DNA of 64,000 bases, taken from contig NEEC01000002.1 in NCBI GenBank assembly GCA_002189035.1, forward strand, positions 2,294,001-2,358,000, read 5' to 3'. Shown here piece by piece: positions 39,039 to 53,400 of this stretch; the first letter of the stretch is position 1, and the number at the start of each line of letters is the position of its first letter. The notes beneath the pieces were generated by a model. That model did not search any database and was not told where the DNA came from. It worked only from the letters and a program-made list of their open reading frames with translations. Made by a program: the position numbers and the translations under genes. The DNA comes from Utricularia gibba (Eukaryota; Plantae; Magnoliophyta).

Positions 39039-41616
39039 GTGGTTCTATTTAACTCATTGGCTGGCTTTGGACTTACCTGCCTACCTACCCTTGTTGTAGC
39101 ATCTTCTTAATAACCGTGCTTCTCCATGCTTTTACCCTGAACCTCGTTGACTCATTCCTTCACTTTCGTTTGAAGCTAACTACCTTTTCACCCATGGAAA
39201 CCTTGCACTGAATCTGTATGATATGTCTCACAGCAAAGTGGAACTTTTTCTTTTTCAGTGTCTTTCATTGAAGGTATGCATTCCTTTGTAAAACACTATG
39301 AAACAGTCGAATGTATTCGAATGCGAAGGTTATTCGTGTCATGCTTATGCAACTTAGCTGCATGCTTGCTTCTGATTATCTGCTCTCTGAAAGATCACTA
39401 TCAGATCCAAGTTTTAAACTTGGGGCCGTACGACGTGTTACGACATCGTCTGACTGTTGAATTGGGGAGAGAGATTAGGGCACGGATTGACGCCAATGGC
39501 ATTTTTTAAAAAGTTCGGTATTCGGGCCACAATTCCCGCGCCTCTTCGGTCGTCTTTTTGGTTTCTACGACGATTGTCGGAGACATGGAGTGGATGGAGC
39601 GGAGGATGTTTCCGATGCGTTTGTTTTTGCCGGTAATTGTTCATTCTCGGTCAACGTTGTCTTTTTTGGTTTCTTGTCTAAGGCGAACGCCTGGATCTGT
39701 TTGTGTTGCTCTAGCCTAAGGTATTTCTTTTTCGTGTTTTTGTGAATCGCAGTTGGTTCAGCGTCACCGGAATGGCGGAGGAGCTCCTTTGTGGCTGTCG
39801 ACAATGGTTATCTGCGTGCCACTGTTTCGTCGTAACGAATAATAGACAGCGGCCGTTACACACGCCTAGCAATTGGGGCTGGGGAACAAGTCTCTCACAT
39901 CTGGGGTTCACCAGTGTTCATCTTTGATTGCGCAGGAAAAAAGACGAAGGATGTGCGTGGGGTCAGGGGCCTGCCTCGAACAACGGGCAGTGCTGCAGCC
40001 GCAGCAGAACCGAGGAGAAGAAGGTGAGTGAGTTTCAGTGGAGTTGCCTTGACATGTCGAGCACTTAGATCCATGACAGGATACGGATGCGAATAACATG
40101 AATGAGTAATGATGGGGCGGGTTGGGGCGTCGTCATCATCTCGCTTGTGCTTTTTGAATTCGTTGCTTGCATGATTCTGATTCAACACCAAACGGCACTA
40201 GCTTTTTGGCGGGAAAACTACTCTGAAGATTCTCCCTTCCTGGGGAGACGAGCTACGTGCGGTATACAGTGCAGTACAGGTACTGCTCTCTCCCTCAATA
40301 ATTTGCTTTGCTCACTGTGCACTTGCCATAATCACATGAAATTTCCTTGCCTGCCACCACATGCTTGAATAATCAAAGTTTTTGGGGGGGTTCCAATGGA
40401 AAACCCTTTGAAATCCACTTGAAAAGTTTGGCAAAGACAAAAGATCATTGTCCCATCCCCACTATGTACGCCTTTCTTTCTGCGTGTTGACATTGGAGAA
40501 AAGGGGGTGTAGCATCACCCCACAGTGGGAGAAATCAAGAAACCGGCTCATGGCCACACTACTCCCCCCCTGTCCCATGATTTTTCACCACATCTACTCT
40601 CAATCCTTGTTTAAACAGGAATGACAGCAGAAGCAGAAGCAGGTGCCGGTATTTGTGGCGAAAAGCCAAAGGCAGTGAAGGCTGAGTGCACCTCGAAAAG
40701 AAGAGCAGCAGCATTTTTAAAAGACTCGGTGTTTCAGGCAGGCAGGGTTTTTTGGGGTTTGGGGTTTAGGGTTTTGGTTTGGGATCAGGGCTCTCTCCCA
40801 TCTCATCTCATGTCACCTCCACATGTTTCAAATTCTAAGGATGACATGACTTTTGAGAAGGTGGGGAAACCCCCTTTTCGTTGGTAGTAGATAAAGTTGA
40901 GAGTTCTTAGGTTAAGGAATCTTTTCCTCCATTTTCAATACCTCATTAGAATCAACACTTCATTTATCTCAATCATATTAGATATAAGATTATTGAGATA
41001 CCCAAAATTTACGTAAAAAAAATATAATATTTAATATGTTAGTGAAATTATTTTATATTTTTTATTATAAAAATGTGTATTTAGTTCCACTCGTAAAATA
41101 GGTTTCTAAAATGATATGTATCAAATATAATTAGTCTTCAAGATTTAGGATCCGTTTGATTAGCTGGAAGAGAATAAATGGATTTAATTTTATTTGGGAT
41201 AAAAAAATACTTCATCAGTTAGATAGTAAAAAATCAATTTTTCTTTTGGGGATATTTTTATTATTTGTTTCATAATTTTAATGAATTATTCCTTATTCAT
41301 ACATAATTTAACCACCAACTAATTAAAAAAATTAAAAATAAAAAAGTTCATGTATTTTAGGCGTAGGTTATAGGCCTTCAATTTTGTAGCCCACTTTTGT
41401 AATAAGACAAAATAGGGAAGACATTTGGGAAATTTTATCTTTAGCTTTTGTAAAAATAATAAAATAAAATAAATTAGTTGTCAAGGTGGGTCCCACATTG
41501 TGAAAATTAGCCCTAACTTTTAGGGAGAAACCCTAATCACGGAATTCCCAATTTCTTTTCCCCTTTTAGTGCCCGCTCGCCCTCCCTCCCTCTCCCTCTT
41601 TCTCTCTTCTTTCTTT

Positions 41617-41623
<7 letters not shown>

Positions 41624-41654
<31 letters not shown>
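41624..41654. repeat. (CT)15 microsatellite / GAGA element in the KRP 5' region
   Basis: Perfect CT dinucleotide run. Confidence 0.9.
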
Positions 41655-41659
<5 letters not shown>

Positions 41660-41716
41660 CTCTTTGTTACGAACTTCGGGCTTCTTGTCATCCGGACACA
41701 GAAGACTGTGTGAGTG

Positions 41717-43399
41717 ATGGGGAAGTACATGCGTAAGCCTACAGCAAAGCATGAGGTTGCAGTGATGGATGCGCTGCATTTGCCGCCTTCCGCTGGCGTC
41801 CGGACCCGGGCAAGAACTTTAGCTATTCAGGCGCAAAGATTGGATTGTCTCGAGCTCCGTTCCAGGTGTCTTGAGAAGCCACCGCAATTACTTAGGCGAC
41901 ACCAGCAGCAATGTCTCCGGAGTTCGAATGGGAAGACGACTGCCCCTGAACGGGGCGTTGCCAGTAGAGAAAATGAAAACTCTCAACCTGGTTGTACTTC
42001 GGGGACCCACGGTATGCATTTGGGTCCTCATGCATGGAACACTAGTGAAGATGGAGCATACGTCGGGAGGAAGGGTGGCGGACTCGAATTTTTGAATTCG
42101 GAGACTGAGGACTCTTGCGGAGAAAACAATTTGGAAGCCCGGGACAGGTATTGGTATTTCCTCTAGTACTTGTATTTAATTTTTTCGAGTTCTTGGATGC
42201 TTGTAAACTTGTTCGCCTGGTAATTTTTTCTTCGAACTGCTTGTGAACGGGTTTTCTTAGTTATCCGTTTTCAAGTTAAAAAAGGTAACTTTGATGTATA
42301 CCAAAGATAGAATATTTTCTCTTTTGATACTTTGTGTTTTTAGAGTTTTCCCGGAAAACAGTACTTTGGAAATAGACTCTGCCATCAGTTTTTTTTTTTT
42401 TTTTGGGTATTGTGGGTTGATCTTACTCCATAGCGTCGTCCTTAGTCTCTGCTAGCTTCATTTTGGGTGACTGTATCCCCCTTTATTTTGGGTGGTTTTC
42501 ATACATAGCTCTTACGATGTCTTGCAAGAACACTTGTACATTACTCTGCTCAAAGCTGCAGGGTACTTGGATATTCTTCTATGCGTGTTATTATCTTTTT
42601 CAGTTTCCCTACTTCTCTGAGCCAATTGCTCTGGGTAGGCTTTGATGTTCTCAGCAGGGGTGTTTTGAAATCATCCTAGAAAGGACTGTTGAAACGATTA
42701 CATGGAGAATATTTCTCATGTTTGAACCTTTTTTCAATCACCTGATAGCTGTAGCTTGTGGCCTGTGGATTAGATTCTCAGACGAGTAAATCCAAAAACT
42801 CACGGACTCATTTCCGTACCCCTCCTGTTGACTCATGATTCACATACGATCCTTTGATTTGACCAAGTGAAATTAATGTTGTCTGCACGTATTTCTCATT
42901 TTTGTTCGCTATGCGCGGAGTGTCCAAGGACCACATAAAAGTTAGCATTTTAAAGGGATATCTGCTTTTGAATATCATGTGAATCTGCAGATTGATGATG
43001 ACGCTATTTTTTCCCATATTATATGAAGATCTGTATATTTGCCACAGTAGAACCAGAGAAAGCACCCCATGTAGCTTGATCAGAGGTGCAGATGCGGTTA
43101 CAACTCCAGGATCTTCAACAAAGGGGAGAAGCCCTGCTGCCGTGCACCTGCGGGTCCAAAATAAATACCTCAGAAATGTTCCTACATCTCTTGAAATGGA
43201 AGAGTTCTTCTCCCATTATGAACGAAAAGACCAGCAAGACTTCATGGACAAGTAGGAATCCTTTCCCACATCTGCAACTCTTACCAAATTAGACAGCCAT
43301 GTTCCAACAGATTCATGTCTTTGCAGGTATAACTTCGACATCGTAAATGACACGCCGCTCCCGGGGCGTTTTGAGTGGGTGCAGGTAGCCGGAGACTAG
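41717..43399 (+). CDS. KRP: Kip-related CDK inhibitor (KRP3/4/5-like), 3 exons
   Basis: MGKYMRK..GVRTRARTLA..LELRSR.LEK; exon 2 43051-43251 (TRESTPCSLIR..EMEEFF); exon 3 43327-43399 (YNFDIVNDTPLPGRFEWV). Confidence 0.95.
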
Positions 43400-44412
43400 A
43401 TGCATCATCAGTCACAAGAGTGCTGGAATGAAGCAGGTTTAGCATTTGACCACTGCAGTTCCTAGTTCCTGGAACATCTGAGCAGGTGGCTGCTGTTAGT
43501 GATCTGTAGAATACCGGCCGACCGAGGTTGCCTCCCTCAGCAATCCCGGAGTCAGTAGATTGGCCACATAATGTAGAAGTTAGGTTCTTTTTTCACTTGG
43601 TTTCCTCAGTGGACATGGCTGTATGAATCTAAGTGTCAGTTGTTAAAATTTGAATTTCCGAGGCAGGTGGATGGATGGATAGAGACATTGAAGTAAAATG
43701 TTGGCCCGAAAAGGACACTGTTTGTGGCCGGTTGTGGGGACACCCCAATTCTCAACGAAGGCCTTCAGGCCCACTGATGCCTGCACGGCCCACGGCATCC
43801 GTGTTGCTTTCTTGAGGCCCAAATTAGGCCCATAAATGCCCCGTTAGTTGACTATCTGTTGTAAGGCCCATGTGTAAGATCATTTAGGCTAAAGTGCATT
43901 GTCTTATCTTCGTTTTATATGATATTATTTAATTTAATTATTCAATTCTCATAATTTTTATGCTTTTTCTTTTTACAAAATTTTTTTTAAACAAAATTAG
44001 AAAAACCTCTCAATTTAAACACATTTCTTCTCTCGTCTGTAATTAATATAAGATACTGTAAAAAAACTCATTACCTTACAAATACACAACTTTCATCCTT
44101 CTTTTTGCTTTAATCCTTGACGGTCCCTCCCTGGTCTGATCTCGACGGTTAAATCGAGGAGACAAACACTAGTGAATTGGGAGGACATTTTTGCTTTCGT
44201 GGGGTGGAAGATGAACTGTTTCCTTTCAGTTCTGGATCTGGCAATTCTCATGGCATCAGCCAAAATGCAGTAGTAACTTAAACATGGGGTTACAAGGAGC
44301 TGGAGCTCAGGATATAAATGGACTCCAACTCACCAGTCAGTCAGCAAGAAGAACAAACAAGAGTGGTGGCATGAAAAGGGCCATGGGATCAGTCCATCAG
44401 ACTCCTCTCCCA

Positions 44413-47400
44413 CTACTCCTTGTTCCTCGAGGATCTGCCTTTTCTATGCCCACCAAGAATGCGGGAAATCTGGAGACCTCGGCTGAAAGCTTGGTTGAAG
44501 AGCATTCGTGTCTGGAACTCGGAGACAAAGGGGAACCACGCCAGAAACGCCACCGGCGTGAAGAGGAACAGCCCCATAACGATCTCGTAGCCGCGAGCTA
44601 GAGTTTTGACAGATCCCCAGAATCCAGCCTTCTGCACTACAGGCTTGCATGCTTGTGCGATCTTGTGACAAAAAAAAAAAAAAAAAAGTCATTTGAAGGC
44701 TAGCAAACAGAGAATGTAAAAGATGCAGTGGGAGAGGATGTGGGGGTTCAACTCACCAGAAGTAAGCCCCAACCAGTAGGCATGAAGGCAAGCACACAGA
44801 CTACTATGTCTTGCATGGTCATGTGAGGGAGAGCGATCAGGATTGCAAGGATGGAGACGAATGTGACGAAGATCAAGCCCTTTATGAGACGGAACACTAA
44901 CTGAAAATTGGCACTGAATTTCCTTCGTCCGACTGAAATCGTCTGTGAAATAGAGGAATCATTGATCATTATCCCTAACAAGCACCAGAAAAAGTCATGC
45001 CCCTAGATGAAAAAAACAATTCACTCACTTTCAAGACAAAGAGAATCAGGAAGATCACCAGCCAGGATATGCCATACACCTGCAATGGATTGATTATATA
45101 GTGCATTCCTTGAAAGATTATGATAAAGAAGCTGGTTGAGGTATAAATACATGACAGTTCACATACCAGAACACTTTGGTTGTTCTTGGTGAGGTTCAAG
45201 TGGTACACAAGCCCGTACTGATAGATGAAGAACCTTAATGATAAGAGTATCTCAGCAGCGATACCACGTTTCCCGGAATGACGGAGATGATCTTGCTCCT
45301 CTTCCCACCAAGATTCCCAACTTTTCTCAGGGGGACACCGATGCCTCCTCTGTTACTGATCCACTTATTCCAGTCCGTCCAATCATCAACTATTTTTTGC
45401 CATTCGAATCCGGAAGGATTGAAGAGAAAGGGAGCAAAGAGCCAGGTTCCAACCATAAACCACATAGAAACGGTAATTAAAATGTATGCAACGGCACCTC
45501 TGTATGACTGACCAAATATTTGGTAAACAATTAGTAGCAGCATCAACTCAAGGCCTTGACAAAGTGACTTCGAGAATACAGCCGGTAGTTATCAGCAAAC
45601 TTCGCATGGAACACCACGAACCCTCTACCGGTAGGCCTATATTGAGCACCTCCATGAAGCAATGTCCTTCCATAATAATGGGTCTTAGTTCCGAGTGAAA
45701 ATGTGAAAAAAACTGGTGCCAGCTGCAGCTGCATTAGTATGAATTCACTCAATGCTGTACGGAAACCCCTCTCCAGACCAATTTCCATCATCATGGGAAG
45801 AGCCATCAAAAATCCAATTTGGACGAAAGACTGAGAAGCTAAAGCAACTTCAACTGATTTATTTTCCCTAATCGCTGGCTGCATGAGTATGCCCTTCTCA
45901 AGACCACTGAGAACAAGATAAAGCCGACCATAAAGGAAAACATAAACTGTGAGCACAGTTACCTGCCATAAGAGGCACAGTTTTCAGGAACAGGATTAGA
46001 TACTGAAAAGTAGATATTCTGAAGCTTGTAAATCGTACCAAGGTACTGAAGTAAAAGCCAATGGTAGTAAAGTAGCATGACAACATCCTAAAGAAGTCAA
46101 AGCGATGGCCCAGCCTATACAAATCTCGGCTTAATGTTTGCTCCCCATTCCCATTGCCAATTTTTGCTTCAAAGAGAGAGATCTGATTAAGACCGACATC
46201 CCTTCCCTTGCCAACTTGAATATACTCATGATGGGTTACATTGCCTTCCCGGAGAGTAGAATTGAAGCCTGCACAAAGAATTTCCATATAAGTCACGCAG
46301 CATTCTAAATACCAAGAATTTGAATGAATTTTGAAAACATCATGAACGTACCTGCAAATATATCCTCACTCAGGTTGATAATCTTGGAGGCTTTGCTGAC
46401 TCCTCCTCGTGTAAGGTGAAACAGTCTATCAAAGATATCAGGATGCCCATAGTGAAACCGAACTCTGCACGAAGAAAAAACACGTTTCTGTAAAAAACTG
46501 ACTAGAAATGGATGCATAACATATTGAGATAACTCACTTTAGGGGGTTCGCTAGCAACCTCTGGCCTATGGTAACAAAACTTGTCTCTTGATTAGACATA
46601 AACCAAGCTAGGGAAGAAACACTGCATAGAAAGGAAAAACATTTTTTCTCTTGGTTGCCATATGATCAAGAAAAACATTTTTCAGCTGAACAAGGAGATA
46701 ATTAGAGGACCTTCCAGTGAAGATATGCTCCCTTAGTCCAAGAATTGAAGGATATCTCACATCATGCTTTTTAAGGAATTCTTGAAGCAAGTTTCTCATT
46801 TTCAGAGCTTCTTCCATATAGTTATCCTGTAGGTCATTTTTTAAATAGTTAGTTGAATGAACGGGCATAGGAGCAAAAGTTAACAACATGCCTGATTCAT
46901 ATCAATTGTCTGCAATCCTTCTCCACGTGTAAAAATTATCGCATGATTCTGATTCTCAGGTTTCCCTTCACCCAAGATAGCTGGGCCTGGGAGTTTTATA
47001 CGGTAGATAGTCTACCAAAGCCACCAAAAAAAAAAAAAAAAAAACTCAGTAGAACTTTTAAATAAATAGCATATATGGATGTGCATTAACTCTTGAAATA
47101 CCCACAAGGTGTGCAGATAAAGACGCATCACATTTTATTGTTCAGTACTTCAGATTAAAATACAATTGATACATGTAGAGCAAGCTAATGTTTCTCATAC
47201 AGGCAAAATAATCATGGAGAATCACGGAAATATATTGACCATGCAACAATTCTATGACATGGAAATGCAGAAAGTACATTAAAAGACTCGGCCCAACCCC
47301 TCTGGTTATTGCCCTTACCATATATATATATATATATGTTATTCTAGAGCTTGCTAACCTGATCCAGATTCTGTCCCGGTTCAGAAGAGTTTGACTTTGG

Positions 47401-50400
47401 CAATGCCGCCTTTACCAAAGTCGAGTAATAAACCTTATCATTCACCTTCTTACTCCTGTCTTTATTGGGTTCTTCAACTTCATCAATATATGCTACGCGC
47501 AGAGAAGGATACCTGTTCAGATAGTACTGAAAAATTGCATCATTGCAGACAACAGACAAACACAAACATGACGGGTTTCAAGATGTACGTTGTCATTAGT
47601 CTTAATATGTCCTGTGCTCTCGAGTCCCCTGAGCGTTTCTGGATCCCATATATTTGGCAAGACACAACATAAGTAAACTTCATGTCAGCCACCGCTTGGC
47701 ATTGGGTCCAGAGTGACCTTTCCCCTTTCATCTGATCCTCGTTCAACTCAATGGCCTTGTAGCCTTCCATTAGATCTATTTATATTACACAATATAATTT
47801 GATCAACATATGATAATAATTTTTACAAAATAACAGTGAAGTGTAATCAGTTTATCATGCAAATGTTATCGTCGAAGATGCACTACCATCATCCTCAGCC
47901 ATATCGAGAAATGCTTGGAGCTCCAAAGCTTTACGATAATACATCATTCCTCTCACTGCAAAAATTTCCATGATTCAAAACTCAATATGAGAAACCTAAT
48001 AATACAAAGAGAAACCCGAAACTCAAATTAACTGAAGAGTGGATTCGTTAATCATTCAGTAAAAGTGAACCTTCATGAATTCTAATAAAAAACATAGAGT
48101 TGATATCACATGCAGAACAGTGGAGATACTGTAATAAAGGAGAGAGCGTGAAGGAGGATACTTTCAGTTTTATTTACAACAGTGACACCCTTAATAGTAA
48201 GTTTTCATCTCTAATAAGGAATCCATCATCATCCTGCCGTAAGTAAGTCTGGATTTCTCATCGAAACTGACATGAACAATTGACAAAAAACACACTCGGG
48301 CAACAAGCAGTCCAAAAAACATCTAAAATAAGACACTCAGGATGCCTAAAAAATTGATAAATAAAAAGGTAAGGCCAGCAAATCAGAGTCTCGGGATTCA
48401 AGAAGAACGTACCAGTTCGTGTCAGAGTTTGGCCTCTGTATGATGCCCAAAGACGTAGCTGTTCTTCTAACTCATTTGAGCTCCTAAGTTCTTCTAACTC
48501 ATCTGAGCCCCTAAGTTCTTCACTGAGACAGTTGACACGCTCCAGAAAATTGGTCCATTCATCTGTACCGCAGTATTAGAAGATGGCAGCAGAGAAATCA
48601 TACAAGGGAAAACCATAAATCATTATTTTAAACCTGGGAATATTTTCTGCAAGTAAAAGAGAATAGAGACACCATCTTCATTTGGCACTTCCAGCTCAGG
48701 CAGTGAAAAGAGAACTTCCTCCTTGTAATATGGCGTTAAAACACTACATGCAGTGATAGCTTGCTAAGTCAAACATTAAAGGAAAGAAGAGCAACCACAG
48801 GATCATTACATGCAGAGGAAGTAGTTTGGAAAACCGAACCACTTTTACATGTATAAGAACATTGGGATGAGTCACATGAAAAAACGAAACGAGAGAGCAA
48901 GAAAACTGCACTTACGAAAAAGAAAGCATATTCCGAACTTTGGGGGATGTTGGCATATCCATAAACAATGAGTTAGCAAAGAATGACATGCGCCTTCGAG
49001 CCTCCAAATTCGATGGTACATCCATTGCAGATTCTTTCACCGTCAACAACAAGTACAATCTCTTGATCTGCGAAGAGAGGGATCCAACACCTTGAGACAG
49101 AATACACTCTTTAAAAACTTTAGTGTAAAATCTCGTTCTAGTGTCCCTTTACCTTTTCTTTCCAAGCTTCAGATTCAGGAGCAGGGAACTTGATGGCCCC
49201 AGCAGATGCAAACAATTGATACTGTTGTTCAAGAGGGATCATACCCTCATGTCCAGATCCACCATGAATTGAATCCAACAAGCTATTAAGAAGAGAGGGA
49301 CACAAAATAAAAAATAGCACTCCAATCTATAATAAAAAAATGCAATAACCTTGGTTAGAGAACTTTACTCAGATAGAAGATCTTCCATCATTATATCTCT
49401 TGTCACAACTTCTAGCATGTCCTGGAATAGAATAACGACTTCATCTCTATCCTCCTGTTTATTCTCTAGCTGAGAAAAAGAAGAACGATCTTGTGCCATC
49501 AAGACAATCAGAAAACCTCCCGAATGAAGAATAGGATGCAGCAGCTCAAAAAAGTGTCATACCAGGTATTTTACAAGCTTAACAAATAGATCATATAGAC
49601 TTGGAAGCGCACTTAGCTTGTACTCGGATAACAGGTCATCCTCCTTAATATGCTCGTCAACTCTAGAAAATATGAACTCGATAACCCTGGTGGACACAAA
49701 AAGGTTACAAGTACTGAAAAAATGAGTGGTAGAAACAGGAACATATAAAAAAAACCTTACTTTTTTTCTCTTTGGCCACGAACTAAGAATTTCACAATGT
49801 TCTTAAATGATGCGTAGCACTCACAGACAGCTGAATACATATAATTGTCAGATTTTATGCGCTTTTTCAGTTCGCTTTGCTTGCCACTACTGTCTTTGGC
49901 CATATCCACCGCTATTGGAATCTACAGGATTCAAAAACCCAGTTCATCATACAAATTTTTGTAGAGATACAATGACCAATAAGATGTATCTATGATGAGT
50001 TCATGAAATTTGAAACACAAATTTCCACAATCCCTAAAGCCCGAACTAGAACTTGATAGCTAGAGAAAAAAGATTGGACCGAGCCAGACCTTGCTGGCAA
50101 GCAGAAAAGGAGGCCACTGCATCAGTTCCAAATCACGGTCAGCCCAATAAGGAACCAGCAATAGATCCATTTCTCTATCAATGGAAAAAAAAAATGAAAA
50201 AACAGCCAAACCAACTTTTAATTTGAACATGCACATGTCTTTTTTGGCACAAAGATTACCGGTTACTTATGAGATCCTCCTCTCTAAAACTTGAAATAAT
50301 TTTATTCCACAACTGGGCAAACCTTGCAGCTGTCTTTTCTTTGGTGGATGGATTCTAGGATATATCCACAAAAAAGAGGATAAATTTTTATAACTATATA

Positions 50401-53400
50401 GTTTCATATCATCTAACTTAGTAAAATGAAGCAAAATGGAAACTAAATAATATATCACCTCATCAAACTTGCGAGAAAATGTGGCTTTGAATCCCTTTTT
50501 CTTTCCTGCCTCTGATTTCTCCACTGGTATCAAACAGGCATTGAAAGCACCAGGAAGGGACTGAAAACGAGATCTAAGCATTCCCAGTGTTCGAATCTAC
50601 AATGCAAAGAAACTAGTATTATACAATATTCGAATCTACAATGCAAAGAAACTAGTATTATACAATATTCGAATCTACAATGCAAAAGCCACGAAAATAA
50701 TACTGTATCATTACATGGATGCACAAAGAACATAAACACTACAATAATGAAGCCAGCATAACAACAATAACATTTTTTTTTTTTTTGCGCAGGTTTCTCA
50801 CCTCTCCCAAGCGCCGAAACGCACCATACACCCCTCCGAAAAGAGTTGAAAATATAGCATACCAGATTTGTGAATCCATGAAATAAACCTGAGAGAAAAC
50901 TAAATCATGTTGATACAGGAAGGGAAGGAGCAGGAGGGGCGGGGGGTGCAGACCAAGGTACATACAAGAATAACAGGTGCCCAGAGTGCAATCACAACAC
51001 CTATGTTATTCTTAGCTGTTATCAAAGAATTTTATTAGCAATGGAATACTCATGCCATCGGTAAGTTGATAAATGAACTCATTGAGCTTTTACCTTGGGG
51101 GAAAAACTCGTGCCATTGGTAATTTGATATATGAACATCCATAATAGCTTTTGTTGGGCCAACAAGTGGCTTAATCTGAAATTGATTGCTATGTAACTAG
51201 GATGAAATTGGTCACGCCATAATAAGGATGATATGCAAACCCATAATACAGACCTCAATATAAAAACTGAAAGCCAACTTTGTGATGAGGAGTAGGAGCC
51301 AAAATGATGTATACCTAAATAAAAGTTAGTAGACGTAAGCATAAATTTGTCATGTCTACTCTAAAATATTACTTAGTTTGGCTGCAGGGCTTACTTGAAG
51401 AGAGACAACATGCTTTCATGCATTCCTCTTCCAACATAAAGTCGTGGCTGTAAGAAATTACAAAAGGAAAATGGAACTTTGCTCTATGTGTTTGTCAAAA
51501 TTTACAAAGTATAGAAGAATTACATTTACCTGTGACCACCACATCATCAGAACCACAATCTTGTAATTGGAGCTTTCAAGGAATCGACGAAAAAAAGGAA
51601 AAAGAAAGAGCAACCCAGCTAGCATGTTTGGGGAAAGGTAGATAACAACAGCCAGAATGAACAATGAAGGAGAACTCGATCCGTTGCCAAACCAACTTTT
51701 GATAGTTTGAGCAAATCCAGGAGGGTTTTCCCATGTATAAGCATAAGTAACGGGAAGAATGATGACCCAAGCAGCGGCTGACACAACCTTCAGAAGATAC
51801 CTTAATTGGACATGGCGTGTCATGCTCCGTCTAGCTTTCCAACTAAATATTAAATCCAGAATTGCTGCAAAGAATAAAGGATGCTTCAGGAACACAATAC
51901 CCCATCAAGTGTCATCATTGAGAAATCTGAGCAGAACACAATGTAGGCAACAACACCAATTGCATACAGGTGCAACAAAGTTATCATTTTTTACTAGCTC
52001 ATGCAGAATATTGAGTTAATTGCTTATCAAAGCGATAACCATTGCAAGATCATACAAGTTTTGAACATGCACGAACAGAATCTATAACAATCATACCTTG
52101 GCCAAGTTTCAATATTGCAGCAGTTATAAAAATGCTTAGTACTTTCTTGAAAACATCACCATCAAAAATTGCACTTGGATTACCCGATCCATTCCAAGCA
52201 ACAATGACCATAGCCTTGATAGATAACCAAGGTTCAAATCAACATCAAATAATATGAAATTAAAGGTGGAATAGACAGTACAGATTCAGATCATAACAAC
52301 CTGCAAGCATAATATGAAAAAACTCCACATCCTGTCAAAGCTTCTAAATATATGCCAAAATGATCTGATCTCAACAAAGTTAACTTTCCCCATCCATGGA
52401 CCTTTAGCAGGCTGAGTTTCCTGGGACCAAAAAGCAGCATCTTACATTAGACAATTTTGTGGCGGGTGAACATAAAAGATAACAAGGATAATATCCTCTT
52501 TCAACAGCAAACTAACCCCATTAATTTCATCCTGAAATCTGCCCACATGCTTACAGAAAAAATCAGCATCAGCACGCATGGGCCACCCAATATGAAAACA
52601 ATCCACGGACCTAAAATATTTGAAGATAATTCAGTAAAATCAGCGCATCTAACCATATTTTACACAATCCACACATACCAAAAGTATTCATTCAAATCAT
52701 CATAATTTCTCCAATGAGAATGTTTAGATTTCGCCCTTTTGCTTCTTGCAGCCTCCTGCAGACCAAAATATCAATGAAAAAAGGGAACAACCTCTCATCA
52801 TTCAAGGCAGCACTGGAATATAGAATACCCGAGCAATCACTTCATAAATTGGAGTGACAACTTTTTTCAGAAATGCCTCTTCCTCTCCTCCATATGCCGG
52901 TTTAACATTTTCACCAGTCATGGGGCTGACATTCCCCGCAAGCATGCCATAAAGTTCAAATGCCATCTGAAAAAAAATAATAAAAAAAGTTTAGCAAACT
53001 TTCTTGCAGCATAAAATATTCACAAGGAAGATGCTCAAATATATTGACAGATCACAAGTCCGTTTTGCAACAAAAAGTGCCTCGGGATTGTACTCTTAAA
53101 CACTGGAAGCTACGAGTTCTGACACATACTGAACCATGGATTCTAATTTTGGGTATACGGAGGTGGTGAAAGATTCATGTTATCCCCTTGCAGAAGAATG
53201 AAAAACAATTGCTTCCACATGTCAAAAACAGAATAATGTTTATACGTAACAAGAATTAGAAAGCCTACATTATGATAGATGTAGCAAAGGCATTCTGGCA
53301 TGAATCTTAAGTTTGCAGCTTCCCCCCATATTAAAAGGTACAGCCCCATGTACAACAGTTTACGTTGCTGCACCTCCTGCTGTATGGTGGGTAACCTACA

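Noticed and set aside
40755-40780. Telomere-like ggggtttggggtttagggtttt (and aaccctaaccctaa at about 24702)
   Set aside because: Only 1-2 degenerate units; telo-box-level noise, not an interstitial telomere array.
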